A DNA stretch of 64,000 nucleotides from Solirubrobacteraceae bacterium (GTDB taxonomy: Bacteria; Actinomycetota; Thermoleophilia; Solirubrobacterales; Solirubrobacteraceae): the NCBI GenBank assembly GCA_036271655.1, contig DATBAE010000027.1, forward strand, positions 23,411 to 87,410. Direction: 5' to 3'. Shown piece after piece: positions 7,687 through 19,271 of the stretch. Below the pieces are notes generated by a model, which was given only the letters and a program-made list of their open reading frames with translations, made no database searches and had not been told where the DNA came from. The position numbers and the translations under genes were made by a program. The stretch's first letter is position 1. The number at the start of each line of letters is the position of its first letter.

Positions 7687-7908
7687 CTACGAGCTCAGCT
7701 TGCGCAATGCGGCGTCGACGTCGTCGCCGGTCGTCACCTGGCCGCGCTCGGCCTGGATCTCGAGGTACACCTCTTTGCGGAACACCGGGATCTCACGGGG
7801 CGCCTGGATGCCGATCCGGACCTTCTCGCCCATGATCGAGAGGACCGAGATCTCGATCTCGTCCCCGATCATGATGCTCTGATTGGACTTGCGTGTCAGG
7901 ACCAGCAT
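7687..7908 (-). CDS. csrA: carbon storage regulator CsrA (RNA-binding translational regulator)
   Basis: [52 protein letters not shown] is near-consensus CsrA. A GGGAGGG Shine-Dalgarno lies 10 nt upstream of the ATG. Confidence 0.92.
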   Translation of the reverse strand: MLVLTRKSNQSIMIGDEIEISVLSIMGEKVRIGIQAPREIPVFRKEVYLEIQAERGQVTTGDDVDAALRKLSS

Positions 7909-7942
7909 TAGATGGCCACCCTCCCTTGTCGCCAGAGCAACT

Positions 7943-7957
7943 CAATCAGGTTGATTG
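7943..7957. promoter_or_regulatory. AT-rich palindrome CAATCA-N3-TGATTG in the divergent csrA / 8047 promoter region
   Basis: Read directly. It is the lowest-GC stretch of this intergenic region. Confidence 0.2.
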
Positions 7958-8046
7958 GGCAAAGGCAACAGACAGCGGTGCGCGCCGCACTCCGGCCACA
8001 CCCTGCCAGCGAGGCGACGCGGCCGGTTCTTGTAAGGTCAGCGCCC

Positions 8047-8625
8047 ATGGCACGACGCTCCTTGCGCCCACATCTCAACCAGATCCGCGGCTGGGTCCGA
8101 CAGGGCCGCACGGACGCCTGGATCGCTCACCAGCTCGAAGCCACGGTCCAGCAGATCGAAACCTTCAAGAAGGACAACGACCTCCTCCCGGCCGAGCCGG
8201 ACTCCGGTGAGGCCGCCGGCGTCGACTTCGACGACGAGATCGATCTGCGGGCCGAAGACGACGCGCTCGTCGCAGCCGAGCTCGAGGAGGCCGAGACACG
8301 CCGCGCAGAGGAAGAGGCCGCGCGGCTCGCCGAAGCCGAAGCCGAAGCGGTCCGCCGCGCCGAGGCAGGCGAGCCGCCCGACGACGATCCCGACGCCAAG
8401 CCGGCTCCGCGCCGTCGCGGCCGGCGTGGGGGACGCGGTCGCGCACGGCCGGCCAACGGGGCGCTCGAGGGCACGTTCGACCACGGCGAGGAGGGCTACG
8501 GCTTGTGGCTCGATCCCGCCGTCACCGACAACCCGATCTACGCCGAGCACTGGGCCGGTCACCGGCCTGTCGAAGTCATGATCGAGGAAGACCAGATCGT
8601 GATCCGCCGCACCGGCACCGACTGA
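8047..8625 (+). CDS. hypothetical protein: HTH-like N-terminus, acidic/Ala-rich linker, Arg/Gly patch, small C-terminal domain
   Basis: ATG 8047 is in-frame in ORF 7912..8625. N-terminus LNQIRGWVRQGRTDAWIAHQLEATVQQIETF. The charged low-complexity centre limits confidence in any function. Confidence 0.6.
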   Translation: MARRSLRPHLNQIRGWVRQGRTDAWIAHQLEATVQQIETFKKDNDLLPAEPDSGEAAGVDFDDEIDLRAEDDALVAAELEEAETRRAEEEAARLAEAEAEAVRRAEAGEPPDDDPDAKPAPRRRGRRGGRGRARPANGALEGTFDHGEEGYGLWLDPAVTDNPIYAEHWAGHRPVEVMIEEDQIVIRRTGTD

Positions 8626-8665
8626 CGCCGACCCGCCTCTCGGCCGGGCGGTGCCGCCCAGGGCA

Positions 8666-8992
8666 CTACGGCTCGGTGCGCCTGCCGCCCGCAAAGTCGC
8701 GTGCATCCCGCAGGTAGTTCAGAAACGCCGCGTCGGCGACCGTGCGGGCATCCCAGGCCCATGGCGCGTCGGGAGCGACCGCGGCGGCGAGGTCCGTGCA
8801 CCAGTCCGTGCCCTGCTCGTAGAGGTCGGTCAGCTCGTCGGTCGTGAACGTCCCGCCGAGACGCCGGCGCAGCTCGGCCTCGATCCGGCTCACGACGAGC
8901 TCGAGCGCGCGGCGCTGCTCAGGCGGAGCGCCGGCCATCCGGCGCTCGCCCTCGCGCCATTGCCCCAGCGCAATCTCGAAGCTCGTGGTCAC
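8666..8992 (-). CDS. hypothetical protein (108 aa)
   Basis: GTG at 8992 gives VTTSFEIALGQWREGERRMAG...ELRRRLGGTFTTDELTDLYEQGTDW. The upstream part of the ORF overlaps ftsB and looks non-coding. Confidence 0.55.
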   Translation of the reverse strand: MTTSFEIALGQWREGERRMAGAPPEQRRALELVVSRIEAELRRRLGGTFTTDELTDLYEQGTDWCTDLAAAVAPDAPWAWDARTVADAAFLNYLRDARDFAGGRRTEP

Positions 8993-9026
8993 CGCGGGCG
9001 AGGCTACCCAGGCGCGGCGGACCGCA

Positions 9027-9323
9027 CTACTTCGTCGTAGGCAGCCCGTGGACGACGTAGGCGCGCTCGTCGGGCTTGACCATTCCGAGCCTGCGCGCCT
9101 CGGTCTCGATGCTGCCTGGGCTGCGCAACGCATGTGCGCGATCGACGAGCTCCTTGTGCTCGCGTTGGAGAGCCGAGACCTGGCTGCGCTTGGCGTGCGC
9201 GTCGTGCCACGTCGACAGCCACGTCCGCAACGGGTTGATGTACAGATAGATCAACAGCAGGCCGACGAACAGCAGCGCGAGCCGTCCGATCCGGTCCCAC
9301 CGCACGTGTGGCGCGGCAGTCAT
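9027..9323 (-). CDS. ftsB: septum formation initiator, FtsB/DivIC family
   Basis: One TM helix followed by a coiled coil (KRSQVSALQREHKELVDRAHAL) and ...RRLGMVKPDERAYVV. It lies immediately downstream of eno, as in many bacteria. Confidence 0.85.
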   Translation of the reverse strand: MTAAPHVRWDRIGRLALLFVGLLLIYLYINPLRTWLSTWHDAHAKRSQVSALQREHKELVDRAHALRSPGSIETEARRLGMVKPDERAYVVHGLPTTK

Positions 9324-9429
9324 CCGATCTTCGTTCGGCCCTCGCCGGCCGACTCCTCCCGCTGGGTCATATCGACCGGGGACCGCGTGGTCTCGCGCCG
9401 CGGGTGTCTAGCGATGCCCGACGAGCGGG

Positions 9430-11369
<1,940 letters not shown>

Positions 11370-11414
11370 TGCCGTTGGTTACGCCCGCAGCAGCCATGTC
11401 CGCAGCGGCGCGGG

Positions 11415-12653
11415 TCAGCCCGTCGGCGTCGGCGTCACGGTGCCGCCCGCGGGTGCCGCAGCGGTCGTGGTCGTGTTCACCTTCGGGGCGTTCTTGCACT
11501 GCGCCATCGCGTACTGGTCGGCACAGTTCGTCTTCGCCTTCCACTTCTTCAGCAGCGCGTTGTTGAAGTCGGTGTCGGCCTTCTGCTGGCTGGTCGCGAG
11601 CAGCTGCGGCTTGATCGTCGGCGTCGCCTGCTTGAGCGACTCATGCGTCGCGGCGACGACCTTCGTCACCTCGAAGACGTAGTAGCCGAACTGGGTCTTG
11701 ACAGGGCCCGTCAGCTTGCCCTTGGTGGCCGCGAAGATCGCCGTGTCGAACGTCTTCTCCTGCGAGCCCTTCGCGATCCCGAGCAGCGCCCCGCCCTGGC
11801 TCTTGGAGGCCTGGTCGATCGAGTACTTCTTCGCCACGACCTTCCAGCTCTGGCCGGACTGCAGCGCCGCCCGGGCCTGGTTGGCCTTGGCCTCGGTCTT
11901 CGTGAGCACGACGCGCAGGTCGCGGGACGCGGGCGTCGAGAACGGCGGCTGGTTCTTGTTCTTGTTATAGAACGCCGCGATCGCCTTGTCGGTCACCTTC
12001 GGGGCCTTCGCGACGGCCTTCTTCTGCAGCTCCGTATAGAGCGCGTTCCAGTGCACCTGGCGCTTCGTGTCCGACACCGTGTAACCGGACTGCTTGAGGA
12101 ACGTCTGGAAGTCCGTCTCGGTCGGGAAGGACTGCTTCTTGGCGGTGTCGTACTGCTTGTTGAAGTCCGCTGTCGAGAGCTTGACGCCCTGCGCCTTGGC
12201 CTCGCCGTTGATCCACTGCTCAAGGATCAGGAACTGCATCGCCTGGTCGCGCAGGCTCTCGTACTCCTGCTTGCAGACGGTCTTGAACTGCGCGTCGGTC
12301 TCCGACGGCTGGCCCTTGGCCGGCTTCGGAGCGCTCTTGCGCTTGCTCGCGATGCAGCTCGTGAAGTCCGGCGGCGAGTACGAGACCTTCGGCACGCCCT
12401 GTGCCGCGGACTGCAACTCGGCGATGTTGAGCCAGTGCGCGAACTCGGTCCGCGTGATCGACTTGCCGTCGACGGTCGCGACGGCGTTGCCCGGCACGGA
12501 GTCCCCGCATGCCGTCAGGGCGATCATGACCACAAAAAAGGCGCCAAGCGCCGAGAGCGAACGAAGTCTAGGAGTCACAGTCGGGCCGATGCTAGCGAAA
12601 AGGGGTGCACTGCCGCGCGTATTGCGGCGTCTTCTTATGGCCTTCATAGACAC
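11415..12653 (-). CDS. lipoprotein peptidyl-prolyl isomerase (SurA N-terminal-like plus PpiC/parvulin domain)
   Basis: Lipobox MIALTAC. The parvulin segment reads RDLRVVLTKTEAKANQA...GGALLGIAKGSQEKTFDTAIFAA..GKLTGPVKTQFGYYVFEV. The GTG at 12578 is an equally plausible start. Confidence 0.85.
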   Translation of the reverse strand: MSMKAIRRRRNTRGSAPLFASIGPTVTPRLRSLSALGAFFVVMIALTACGDSVPGNAVATVDGKSITRTEFAHWLNIAELQSAAQGVPKVSYSPPDFTSCIASKRKSAPKPAKGQPSETDAQFKTVCKQEYESLRDQAMQFLILEQWINGEAKAQGVKLSTADFNKQYDTAKKQSFPTETDFQTFLKQSGYTVSDTKRQVHWNALYTELQKKAVAKAPKVTDKAIAAFYNKNKNQPPFSTPASRDLRVVLTKTEAKANQARAALQSGQSWKVVAKKYSIDQASKSQGGALLGIAKGSQEKTFDTAIFAATKGKLTGPVKTQFGYYVFEVTKVVAATHESLKQATPTIKPQLLATSQQKADTDFNNALLKKWKAKTNCADQYAMAQCKNAPKVNTTTTAAAPAGGTVTPTPTG

Positions 12654-12671
12654 GCGATCTCACCGTCGCGG

Positions 12672-15600
12672 TCAGGCTGCCTCGCGCGTGACGGCGAGCA
12701 ACGCGTCGGCCGCTCGCACGACCGCCGGGAAGCGCTGTTGGGGATCGTCGGGCACGCGGACGGAGAGCTGGCTCTTGGCGGACTCGTACAGCACCCCGGG
12801 AATCGCGGCCCGCAATCGCTTGGCGCGCACGGAGTCGAGCTCGATCGGCGTCACCGCAAGGCGGCCGCCGCGGAACGTGACCGCGGTGGCGCCGGCCTGC
12901 CCGAGCTTGATCCGCGCGCGCTGCAGGTCGATGAGGTTCGACATCGGCTGCGGCAGCTCGCCGAAGCGGTCGGCGAGCTCCTCGCGCAGGAGTTCGAGGT
13001 CGGCGACATCGACGGCGCCCGCGATCCGCCGGTGCACGTCGATCTTCGCCTGCTCGTAAGGGATGTAGTCGGCTGGGACGTAGGCGTCGACGTTGACGTC
13101 CATCCGCACAGGCTCGGCCATCTCGGCAGCGCCCTCGCCGTCCTCGGCGGCGTCCGCGGCGGCGACCGCCTCGTCGAGCATCTGCATGTACAGCTCGAAG
13201 CCGAGCGCAGCGACGTGGCCCGACTGCTCGTCGCCGAGCAGGCTGCCGGCACCGCGCAGCTCGAGGTCGCGCATCGCGATCTTGAAGCCGGCGCCGAGCT
13301 CGGTGTAGTCGCTCAGCGCGGCGAGCCGGTGCGACGCGTCGACCGTCAGCGCGGCGGCGCTCGCGTACAGGAGGTAGGCGTAGGCGCGCTCGCGAGAGCG
13401 TCCGACGCGACCCCGGATCTGGTAGAGCTGCGACAGGCCGAAGACGTCGGCGCGGTCGACGATCAGCGTGTTCGCGTGCGGGATGTCGATGCCCGACTCG
13501 ATGATGCTCGTGCAGACGAGCACGTCGGCCTCGCCGCGCAGGAACGTCAGCATGCGGTCCTCGAGCTCGACCTCGTCCATCTGGCCGTGCGCGACCTCGA
13601 AACGCATCCCCGGGCAGAGCCCCCGCAGGCGCTCGGCGGTCTCGTCGATCGTCTCGACGCGGTTGTGCAGGAAGAACGCCTGTCCCCCGCGCGCATGCTC
13701 GCGGCGCAGCGCCTGCTTGACGAGCTCCTCGTCGTACTCGCCGACGTACGTCTTGATCGGCCGCCGCCCCTCGGGCGGCGTGTTGATGACCGAGATGTCG
13801 CGCAGCCCCGCGAGCGACATCTGCAGCGTGCGCGGGATCGGCGTCGCACTCATCGCGAGGACATCGACGCGCAGCTTGAGCTGGCGCAGCAGCTCCTTCT
13901 GCTTGACCCCGAAGCGCTGCTCCTCGTCGACGATGATCAGGCCGAGGTCCTTCGCGCGCACGTCGCGCGACAGCACGCGATGCGTGCCGACGAGGATGTC
14001 GACCGCGCCCGTCTGGAAGCCCGCGATCGCCTGCTTCTGCTCGGCCGCCGAACGGAAGCGGCTGACGTGCTCGATCGTGAACGGGTAATCCTTCAGCCGC
14101 TCCGCGAACGTTCCGTAGTGCTGCTGGGCGAGGATCGTCGTCGGCACGAGCACGAGCACCTGCTTGCCGGCGTCGGCCGCCTTGAAGGCGGCCCGCAACG
14201 CGACCTCCGTCTTGCCGAAGCCGACGTCGCCGCAGATCAGGCGGTCCATCGGGCGCTCGGACTCCATGTCGGTCTTGACGAGCTCGATCGCGTCGGCTTG
14301 GTCGGGCGTCTCGTTGTACGGGAACGCGGCCTCGAACTCGCGCAGCCAGTCGCTGTCGGGCGGGAAGGAGAGCCCGGTGCGCCGACGGCGCTCGGCGTAC
14401 AGGTTGAGCAGCTCGCCGGCGAGCTCCTGCGCAGCCCGGCGGGCGCGCGCCTTGAGGCGGTCCCAGGCCTTCCCGCCGAGCTTTGAAAGCGGCGGATGGG
14501 CGCCGCCGGCGCCGACGTAGCGCGAGATCTTCGCGAGCTGGTCGGACGGGACGAAGACGCGATCGTCGCCCTGATACTCGAGATAGAGGTAGTCGCGCGT
14601 GACGCCGGCGACGGTCTTCGTCTCGAAGCCGGCGAAGCGCGCGAGGCCGTGATCCTCGTGAACGACGATGTCGCCGCTGCGCAGGTCGGCGAACGAGCGC
14701 AGCGCACCGCGCCGGCCGGCGCCGAACGCACGCCCGGGCGCGCGCTCCTGGCGCCGCCTCCTGAACAGCCGATGCTCGGGCAGGATCGCGAGCTTGAGGC
14801 CGGCGGCGATGAAGCCGTCGCGCAGGTTGACGTGCGCGAAGCGCAGCGGATGCTCGAGATCCCAGCCCGCGCCACCGTCGCCCTCGCCGAGCCAGGACGA
14901 CTTCAGACGCGCGAGGTTGTAGGCGGCGCGCTCGCCCTCGCCGCGCTGCGGCCACGTCACGACCGTGCGATAGCCAGAGCGCACGAGCTTCTCGAGCTCG
15001 GGCTCGGCCTCCTTCAGCGAACGTGCAGCGAGATCGGGAGCCTGCGCCCGGAACTGCAGCGGCTGGTCGCTGTCGTACGAGGACAGGCGCACGCGAGCGC
15101 GGGCGTCGAGCGCCGCGCTGATCTGCTCGGGCGCGACGTAGAGGTGATGCGCGTCCGTGTCGTGGAACGCGGCGCAGACGTCCTGCCAATGGTCGGCGAG
15201 CGCAGGGCCAAGCTCCTCCTCGGCGGCGATCAGCACTGCGGCGTCCGCCGCGAGGTCGAGGAACGCTCCGAAGCGCTCGACGGGCAGCAGCTCGGCGATG
15301 TCCGGCCGGTCGTCCTCTGACTCGAGTGCCGCCATCTCCGCAAGCTCGCGATGCTCCGGGGCCAGCTCTGCCGCCGGCGCGATCTCGACCTCCTGGGCGT
15401 CGCCGAGCGAGCGCTGTGTGAACGTCGAGAACCAGCGCAGGGACTCGATCTCGACATCGAAGAGGTCGACACGCACAGCGCGGTCCTCGGTCGCGGGGTA
15501 GATGTCGAGCAGCCCCCCGCGCACCGCGAACTGGCCGCGATCCTCGACTTGGTCGACGCGGTCGTAGCCCGCCGCGACGAGCTCGGCCATGCACTCGTCG

Positions 15601-16055
15601 AGATCGAGCAGCTCGCCGACGCGCAGCTTGAACGAGCGCGGGCGCAGCACTGGGTCCGGCACCTTCTCGCTCAGCGCGACCGCTGAGACGACGACGACGG
15701 GAGCTTGCCGCCCCGCAGCGCGAGCTTCCGCGTCCAGCAGCGCGTCGAGCGCTGCGACGCGCAGGCCGACGAGGTGCGGCGGCGGGGTGAGATGCGACTC
15801 GTAGGCGACGCCGCGGCTGGGGTAGAAGCGCACCTGCCGCGGGTGCAGCCAGGCGCGCAGGTCGGCCGCGAGGTCGCGCGCCTGGCGGTCGTCGCCGGCG
15901 ACGACGAGCACCGCCCGCGCGGGGTCCTGGTCGGCGAGCGCGGCGAGGACGTACGGCCGCAACGACGACGACACGAACGCCGCCCCGCCGTCGCGGGCAA
16001 GCGTCGCGCCGTCGGCGTCGTCGGTGAGGTGGGAGAGCAGCGGGCGCAGCGTCAT
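12672..16055 (-). CDS. mfd: transcription-repair coupling factor Mfd
   Basis: 1127 aa. It has a UvrB-homology N-terminus, the CarD-like GDIVVHEDHGLARFAG, helicase motifs GDVGFGKTEVA and DEEQRFGV, and a TRG/TRCF domain. Confidence 0.98.
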   Translation of the reverse strand: MTLRPLLSHLTDDADGATLARDGGAAFVSSSLRPYVLAALADQDPARAVLVVAGDDRQARDLAADLRAWLHPRQVRFYPSRGVAYESHLTPPPHLVGLRVAALDALLDAEARAAGRQAPVVVVSAVALSEKVPDPVLRPRSFKLRVGELLDLDECMAELVAAGYDRVDQVEDRGQFAVRGGLLDIYPATEDRAVRVDLFDVEIESLRWFSTFTQRSLGDAQEVEIAPAAELAPEHRELAEMAALESEDDRPDIAELLPVERFGAFLDLAADAAVLIAAEEELGPALADHWQDVCAAFHDTDAHHLYVAPEQISAALDARARVRLSSYDSDQPLQFRAQAPDLAARSLKEAEPELEKLVRSGYRTVVTWPQRGEGERAAYNLARLKSSWLGEGDGGAGWDLEHPLRFAHVNLRDGFIAAGLKLAILPEHRLFRRRRQERAPGRAFGAGRRGALRSFADLRSGDIVVHEDHGLARFAGFETKTVAGVTRDYLYLEYQGDDRVFVPSDQLAKISRYVGAGGAHPPLSKLGGKAWDRLKARARRAAQELAGELLNLYAERRRRTGLSFPPDSDWLREFEAAFPYNETPDQADAIELVKTDMESERPMDRLICGDVGFGKTEVALRAAFKAADAGKQVLVLVPTTILAQQHYGTFAERLKDYPFTIEHVSRFRSAAEQKQAIAGFQTGAVDILVGTHRVLSRDVRAKDLGLIIVDEEQRFGVKQKELLRQLKLRVDVLAMSATPIPRTLQMSLAGLRDISVINTPPEGRRPIKTYVGEYDEELVKQALRREHARGGQAFFLHNRVETIDETAERLRGLCPGMRFEVAHGQMDEVELEDRMLTFLRGEADVLVCTSIIESGIDIPHANTLIVDRADVFGLSQLYQIRGRVGRSRERAYAYLLYASAAALTVDASHRLAALSDYTELGAGFKIAMRDLELRGAGSLLGDEQSGHVAALGFELYMQMLDEAVAAADAAEDGEGAAEMAEPVRMDVNVDAYVPADYIPYEQAKIDVHRRIAGAVDVADLELLREELADRFGELPQPMSNLIDLQRARIKLGQAGATAVTFRGGRLAVTPIELDSVRAKRLRAAIPGVLYESAKSQLSVRVPDDPQQRFPAVVRAADALLAVTREAA

Positions 16056-16057
16056 GG

Positions 16058-16645
16058 CTACAGCTCGCGCTCGCCGAGCACGATCTCCTCGGCCGCGCGG
16101 GTGGCGTCGTCGACGAGCTCGGCCACCTCCGCCTTGGACTCGCGAAACGCGCCCAGCACGTGGGCCGAGACGATCTCCGGATCGGTCGAGTCAGGACGCC
16201 CAACGCCGACGCGGACCCGCGCGAAGTCCGCTCCCCCGAGCTCGGCCTTCAGCGACTTCAGGCCGTTGTGGCCGGCGAGGCCGCCGCCGAGCCGCGCGCG
16301 GACGGCGCCGAACGGCAGGTCGATCTCGTCATGGACGACGAGTACGCGTTCAAGCGGGAGCCGGTAGGCGCCGCGCGCCGGGCCGACTGAGCGCCCGGCC
16401 TCGTTCATGTACGTCTGCGGCAGCAGCACCGCGACGCGCGGACCGCCCGGCCCCGTTCGACCCTCGGTCAAGAGGCCGGCGAACTTCGTCTTCGCGCGCG
16501 GCAACTCCCAGCGTGCGGCGAGCCGGTTGGCCACTTCGAAGCCGATGTTGTGCGGCGATCCGGAGTAGCGCGAGCCCGGGTTGCCGAGGCCGACGATGAG
16601 CCAGTCGACCGGTCCGCCGGAGCCACCGCGGCCGGGCAGCCGCAC
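16058..16645 (-). CDS. pth: peptidyl-tRNA hydrolase
   Basis: WLIVGLGNPGSRYSGSPHNIGFEV and HDEIDLPFG..R.R.GGG..GHNGLKS. Confidence 0.95.
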   Translation of the reverse strand: MRLPGRGGSGGPVDWLIVGLGNPGSRYSGSPHNIGFEVANRLAARWELPRAKTKFAGLLTEGRTGPGGPRVAVLLPQTYMNEAGRSVGPARGAYRLPLERVLVVHDEIDLPFGAVRARLGGGLAGHNGLKSLKAELGGADFARVRVGVGRPDSTDPEIVSAHVLGAFRESKAEVAELVDDATRAAEEIVLGEREL

Positions 16646-16654
16646 GACGGCGTC

Positions 16655-17305
16655 CTACTCGTCGGAGGCGTCGCCGCCGGCGTCGCCCGCTGAGGCGTCG
16701 CCGACGCGCTCGGTCTCTTCCTCGATCTCGTCGCCATCGGTTGCGATGCGCGGCGGGGTGAGGGTGGCGACCGTGGTCTCGTCGAGGTCGTCGAGCAGCG
16801 TGACCCCTGAGGGCACGGCGACGTCCGCAAGCGTGATCGTGTCGTTGATCTGCATTCCCGACACGTCGTGCACGATCGACTCTGGGATCGACGTCGGCAG
16901 CGCCTCGATGTTGAGCTCGCGGGTGATCTGCTCGAGCACGCCGCCCTCCTTGACGCCGGGGGCGTCCTCGCCACCGGTCAGCTCGAGCGGCACGATCGCG
17001 GCGATCGCGACGCTGAGGTTCACGCGCAGCAGGTCGACGTGCATCGTCTCGCCGCGCACCGGGTGGTACTGGGCGCTCTTGAGGATCGCCGGCGTCGAAT
17101 CTGTGCCGTCGGACACCTCGAGCACCGCGCCGCTGGCGGCGAGCGCGTGGCGCAGCTCGCGGGCGTCGGCGCTGAACGTCAGCGGCTCGCCGTCGCCCCC
17201 GTAGAGGATGCCGGGGACGCGGCCGCTGCGCCGCAAGCGGCGCGTGGCCCGCGAACCCTCGGGCTCGCGGGAAGAGATGGTGAGCTTCGTCGTCTGTGAG
17301 GCCAT
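16655..17305 (-). CDS. rplY: 50S ribosomal protein L25 / general stress protein Ctc
   Basis: RRSGRVPGILYGG...AILKSAQYHPVRGETMHVDLLRV plus an acidic C-terminal tail. Confidence 0.93.
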   Translation of the reverse strand: MASQTTKLTISSREPEGSRATRRLRRSGRVPGILYGGDGEPLTFSADARELRHALAASGAVLEVSDGTDSTPAILKSAQYHPVRGETMHVDLLRVNLSVAIAAIVPLELTGGEDAPGVKEGGVLEQITRELNIEALPTSIPESIVHDVSGMQINDTITLADVAVPSGVTLLDDLDETTVATLTPPRIATDGDEIEEETERVGDASAGDAGGDASDE

Positions 17306-17340
17306 GGCGACCGGGAAGGGTAGCGGACGCGCCGCGGCCC

Positions 17341-19185
17341 CTATGACCCGAGCTGGTTCGTCGCCGCGAACTGCCGCTGCATGTCAAACCAGGCGGGCTT
17401 CTTCGAGCCGTCGAGATGCAGCAACCCCTTCTCGTGGAACGGCGGATCCGGGTGCGGGTTGCCGCCATCCCAGTTCGGGCGCACCGCGAACTCCTGCAGC
17501 GCCCAGTAGATCGCGCCGCTCAGCCAGGGCTTCGTGGCGTACACGCCGAGGTGGTAGTTGACGAAGTCCTGCTGGAACTCGTACGTCCCCTTCTCCTCGA
17601 CCGGGCCGTCGCGGTTGGCCTCGGCGCCAAACTCCGAGACGAAGATCGCCTTGTTCGGATAGCAGGCGCGGACCGAGTCCAGGTAGTCCGACAGCCCCTC
17701 CCGATCGGCGATCTGGCCGTTCGGGCCGGGATACCAGCCGAAGTAGTCGTTGATCCCGATCACGTCGAGCGCCGCGTACTGCGGCCGGCAGCCGGCCGAC
17801 GGGTAGCCGGCGACGGCGAGCGCGACGGGCCGCGACGGGTCGAGCGACTTCGCCTGGCGGACCGCGCTGTTGATGTACGCGGTCTGCACCGGCCCGGGAC
17901 GCGAGGAGAGCTCGTTGCCGATCGACCACAACATGATCGACGGATGGTTCTGGTTGGCGACGATGTTGTCGGCGAGCTCGCGCGCTGCGAGCCTGCGGAC
18001 CTGTGGCTGCTTGAGGTACTGGGTCTTGATCGCGTAGACCGGGATCTCCGACCACACGAGCAGGCCCAGCCGATCGGCGAGCTCGTACATCTCCGGGTGC
18101 AGCGGATAGTGCGAGCGGATCACCGTCGCGCCAAGCTCCTTGGCCTGCTCGATGATCTGCGTGCGACGGGCGCTGTCGATCGCGAAGCCGTCCTGCTCGT
18201 CGTCCTCGTGGATCCCCACCCCGCGCAACGTGAGTGGACGTCCGTTGAGCATCAGGTGCCCGCCCGAGATCGTGATCGAGCGGATCCCGCTCGCGAGCTT
18301 GTAGCCGACGATCCGTCGCCCGCCGGTGAAGACCGCGAACTGGACCGGATAGAGATACGGGCTGGCGGGCGACCAGAGCACCGGGTGGTCGACCCGCAGG
18401 CGCGTCTGGAATCGGGCGAACCCGCCTGCCGCGACGCGCCGTCTGCCGAGGTCGATGCGCTGGCTGCCGAACGTTCCGGCGACCTGGACGCTGGCGGTTC
18501 GACCGCCGTAGTTGTGCACGACGACCTGTGCCAGCACGCTCGCCGCACAGGTCGGGCACGGCAGGTCGGGGCGCACGACGACGCTCGAGATGTCGATCCG
18601 ATCGATGCGCTGCAGGTAGACCTCGCGCAAGATCCCGCCGTAGTTCCACCAGCCGCCCGCCGGGTCGCCGGAGCCCGTCAGGCCGGAGGGCGGGAAGTCG
18701 GTCGGCAGGCGGCGGTTGTCGACGCGGATCACGAGGCTGTTCGTGCCGTGGCGTCGCAGCGCGCCGCGGGGCAGGCGCAGCGACCAGGGCAGGTAGGCGC
18801 CGGTGTTGCCACCGATCGCGACGCCGTTGAGCCAGACCTGCGAGCGGTAGTTGACGGACTCGAAGCGCACGAGCCAGTCGAGCTGTGCGCGCGCGTCCGG
18901 CAGGGCGAAGTCCTTGCGATACCAAGCGATCGTCCCGGTCATCGAGGCCGCCGAGTAGTCGCCGGCGTTCCACGCGTTGGGCACGGTCACCGGTGCCCAG
19001 CCGGTGGTCGACGTCGCACGCTCGAACTCCTGCTTCGTGCCGACGTCGGCGTCGTCGCGGCGAAACAGCCAGGTCCCGCCGAGCAGATAGCGGTTGTCGG
19101 GACCGTCCTGGTAGATCGTGCCGCGCGTGATCCCGTCGGCGGCGCGCGCCGGTGACGCCACGGCAGCCAGCAGGGCGAGCGGCAC
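17341..19185 (-). CDS. secreted glycoside hydrolase family 2 (beta-galactosidase / beta-glucuronidase / beta-mannosidase-like)
   Basis: GH2 sugar-binding, Ig-like and TIM-barrel order. WSIGNELSS (acid/base) and FVSEFGAEA (nucleophile). The stop at 17341 is firm. The start is unresolved: in-frame GTG at 19185 or 19374, or ATG at 19545 (see finding). Confidence 0.85.
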   Translation of the reverse strand: MPLALLAAVASPARAADGITRGTIYQDGPDNRYLLGGTWLFRRDDADVGTKQEFERATSTTGWAPVTVPNAWNAGDYSAASMTGTIAWYRKDFALPDARAQLDWLVRFESVNYRSQVWLNGVAIGGNTGAYLPWSLRLPRGALRRHGTNSLVIRVDNRRLPTDFPPSGLTGSGDPAGGWWNYGGILREVYLQRIDRIDISSVVVRPDLPCPTCAASVLAQVVVHNYGGRTASVQVAGTFGSQRIDLGRRRVAAGGFARFQTRLRVDHPVLWSPASPYLYPVQFAVFTGGRRIVGYKLASGIRSITISGGHLMLNGRPLTLRGVGIHEDDEQDGFAIDSARRTQIIEQAKELGATVIRSHYPLHPEMYELADRLGLLVWSEIPVYAIKTQYLKQPQVRRLAARELADNIVANQNHPSIMLWSIGNELSSRPGPVQTAYINSAVRQAKSLDPSRPVALAVAGYPSAGCRPQYAALDVIGINDYFGWYPGPNGQIADREGLSDYLDSVRACYPNKAIFVSEFGAEANRDGPVEEKGTYEFQQDFVNYHLGVYATKPWLSGAIYWALQEFAVRPNWDGGNPHPDPPFHEKGLLHLDGSKKPAWFDMQRQFAATNQLGS

Positions 19186-19271
19186 GAGCAGGACGGCGAG
19201 CAGGCGAAGCGGGCGCGTGCGATCGGCGCCGCGGTGATGCCCGGTGCCGCGAGCGCCACGAGGCCGGACCG

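Noticed and set aside
12592-16203. 1203-aa ORF on the minus strand in another frame over mfd
   Set aside because: It is extremely Arg/Ala/Pro-rich with no motifs. The Mfd frame (12672..16055) carries all the helicase and TRCF motifs.
17384-19155. 529-aa (minus) and 579-aa (plus) ORFs overlapping the GH2 gene
   Set aside because: Only the 17341..19545 frame shows the GH2 catalytic motifs (WSIGNE, SEFGAEA). The others are Arg/Pro-rich alternative frames.
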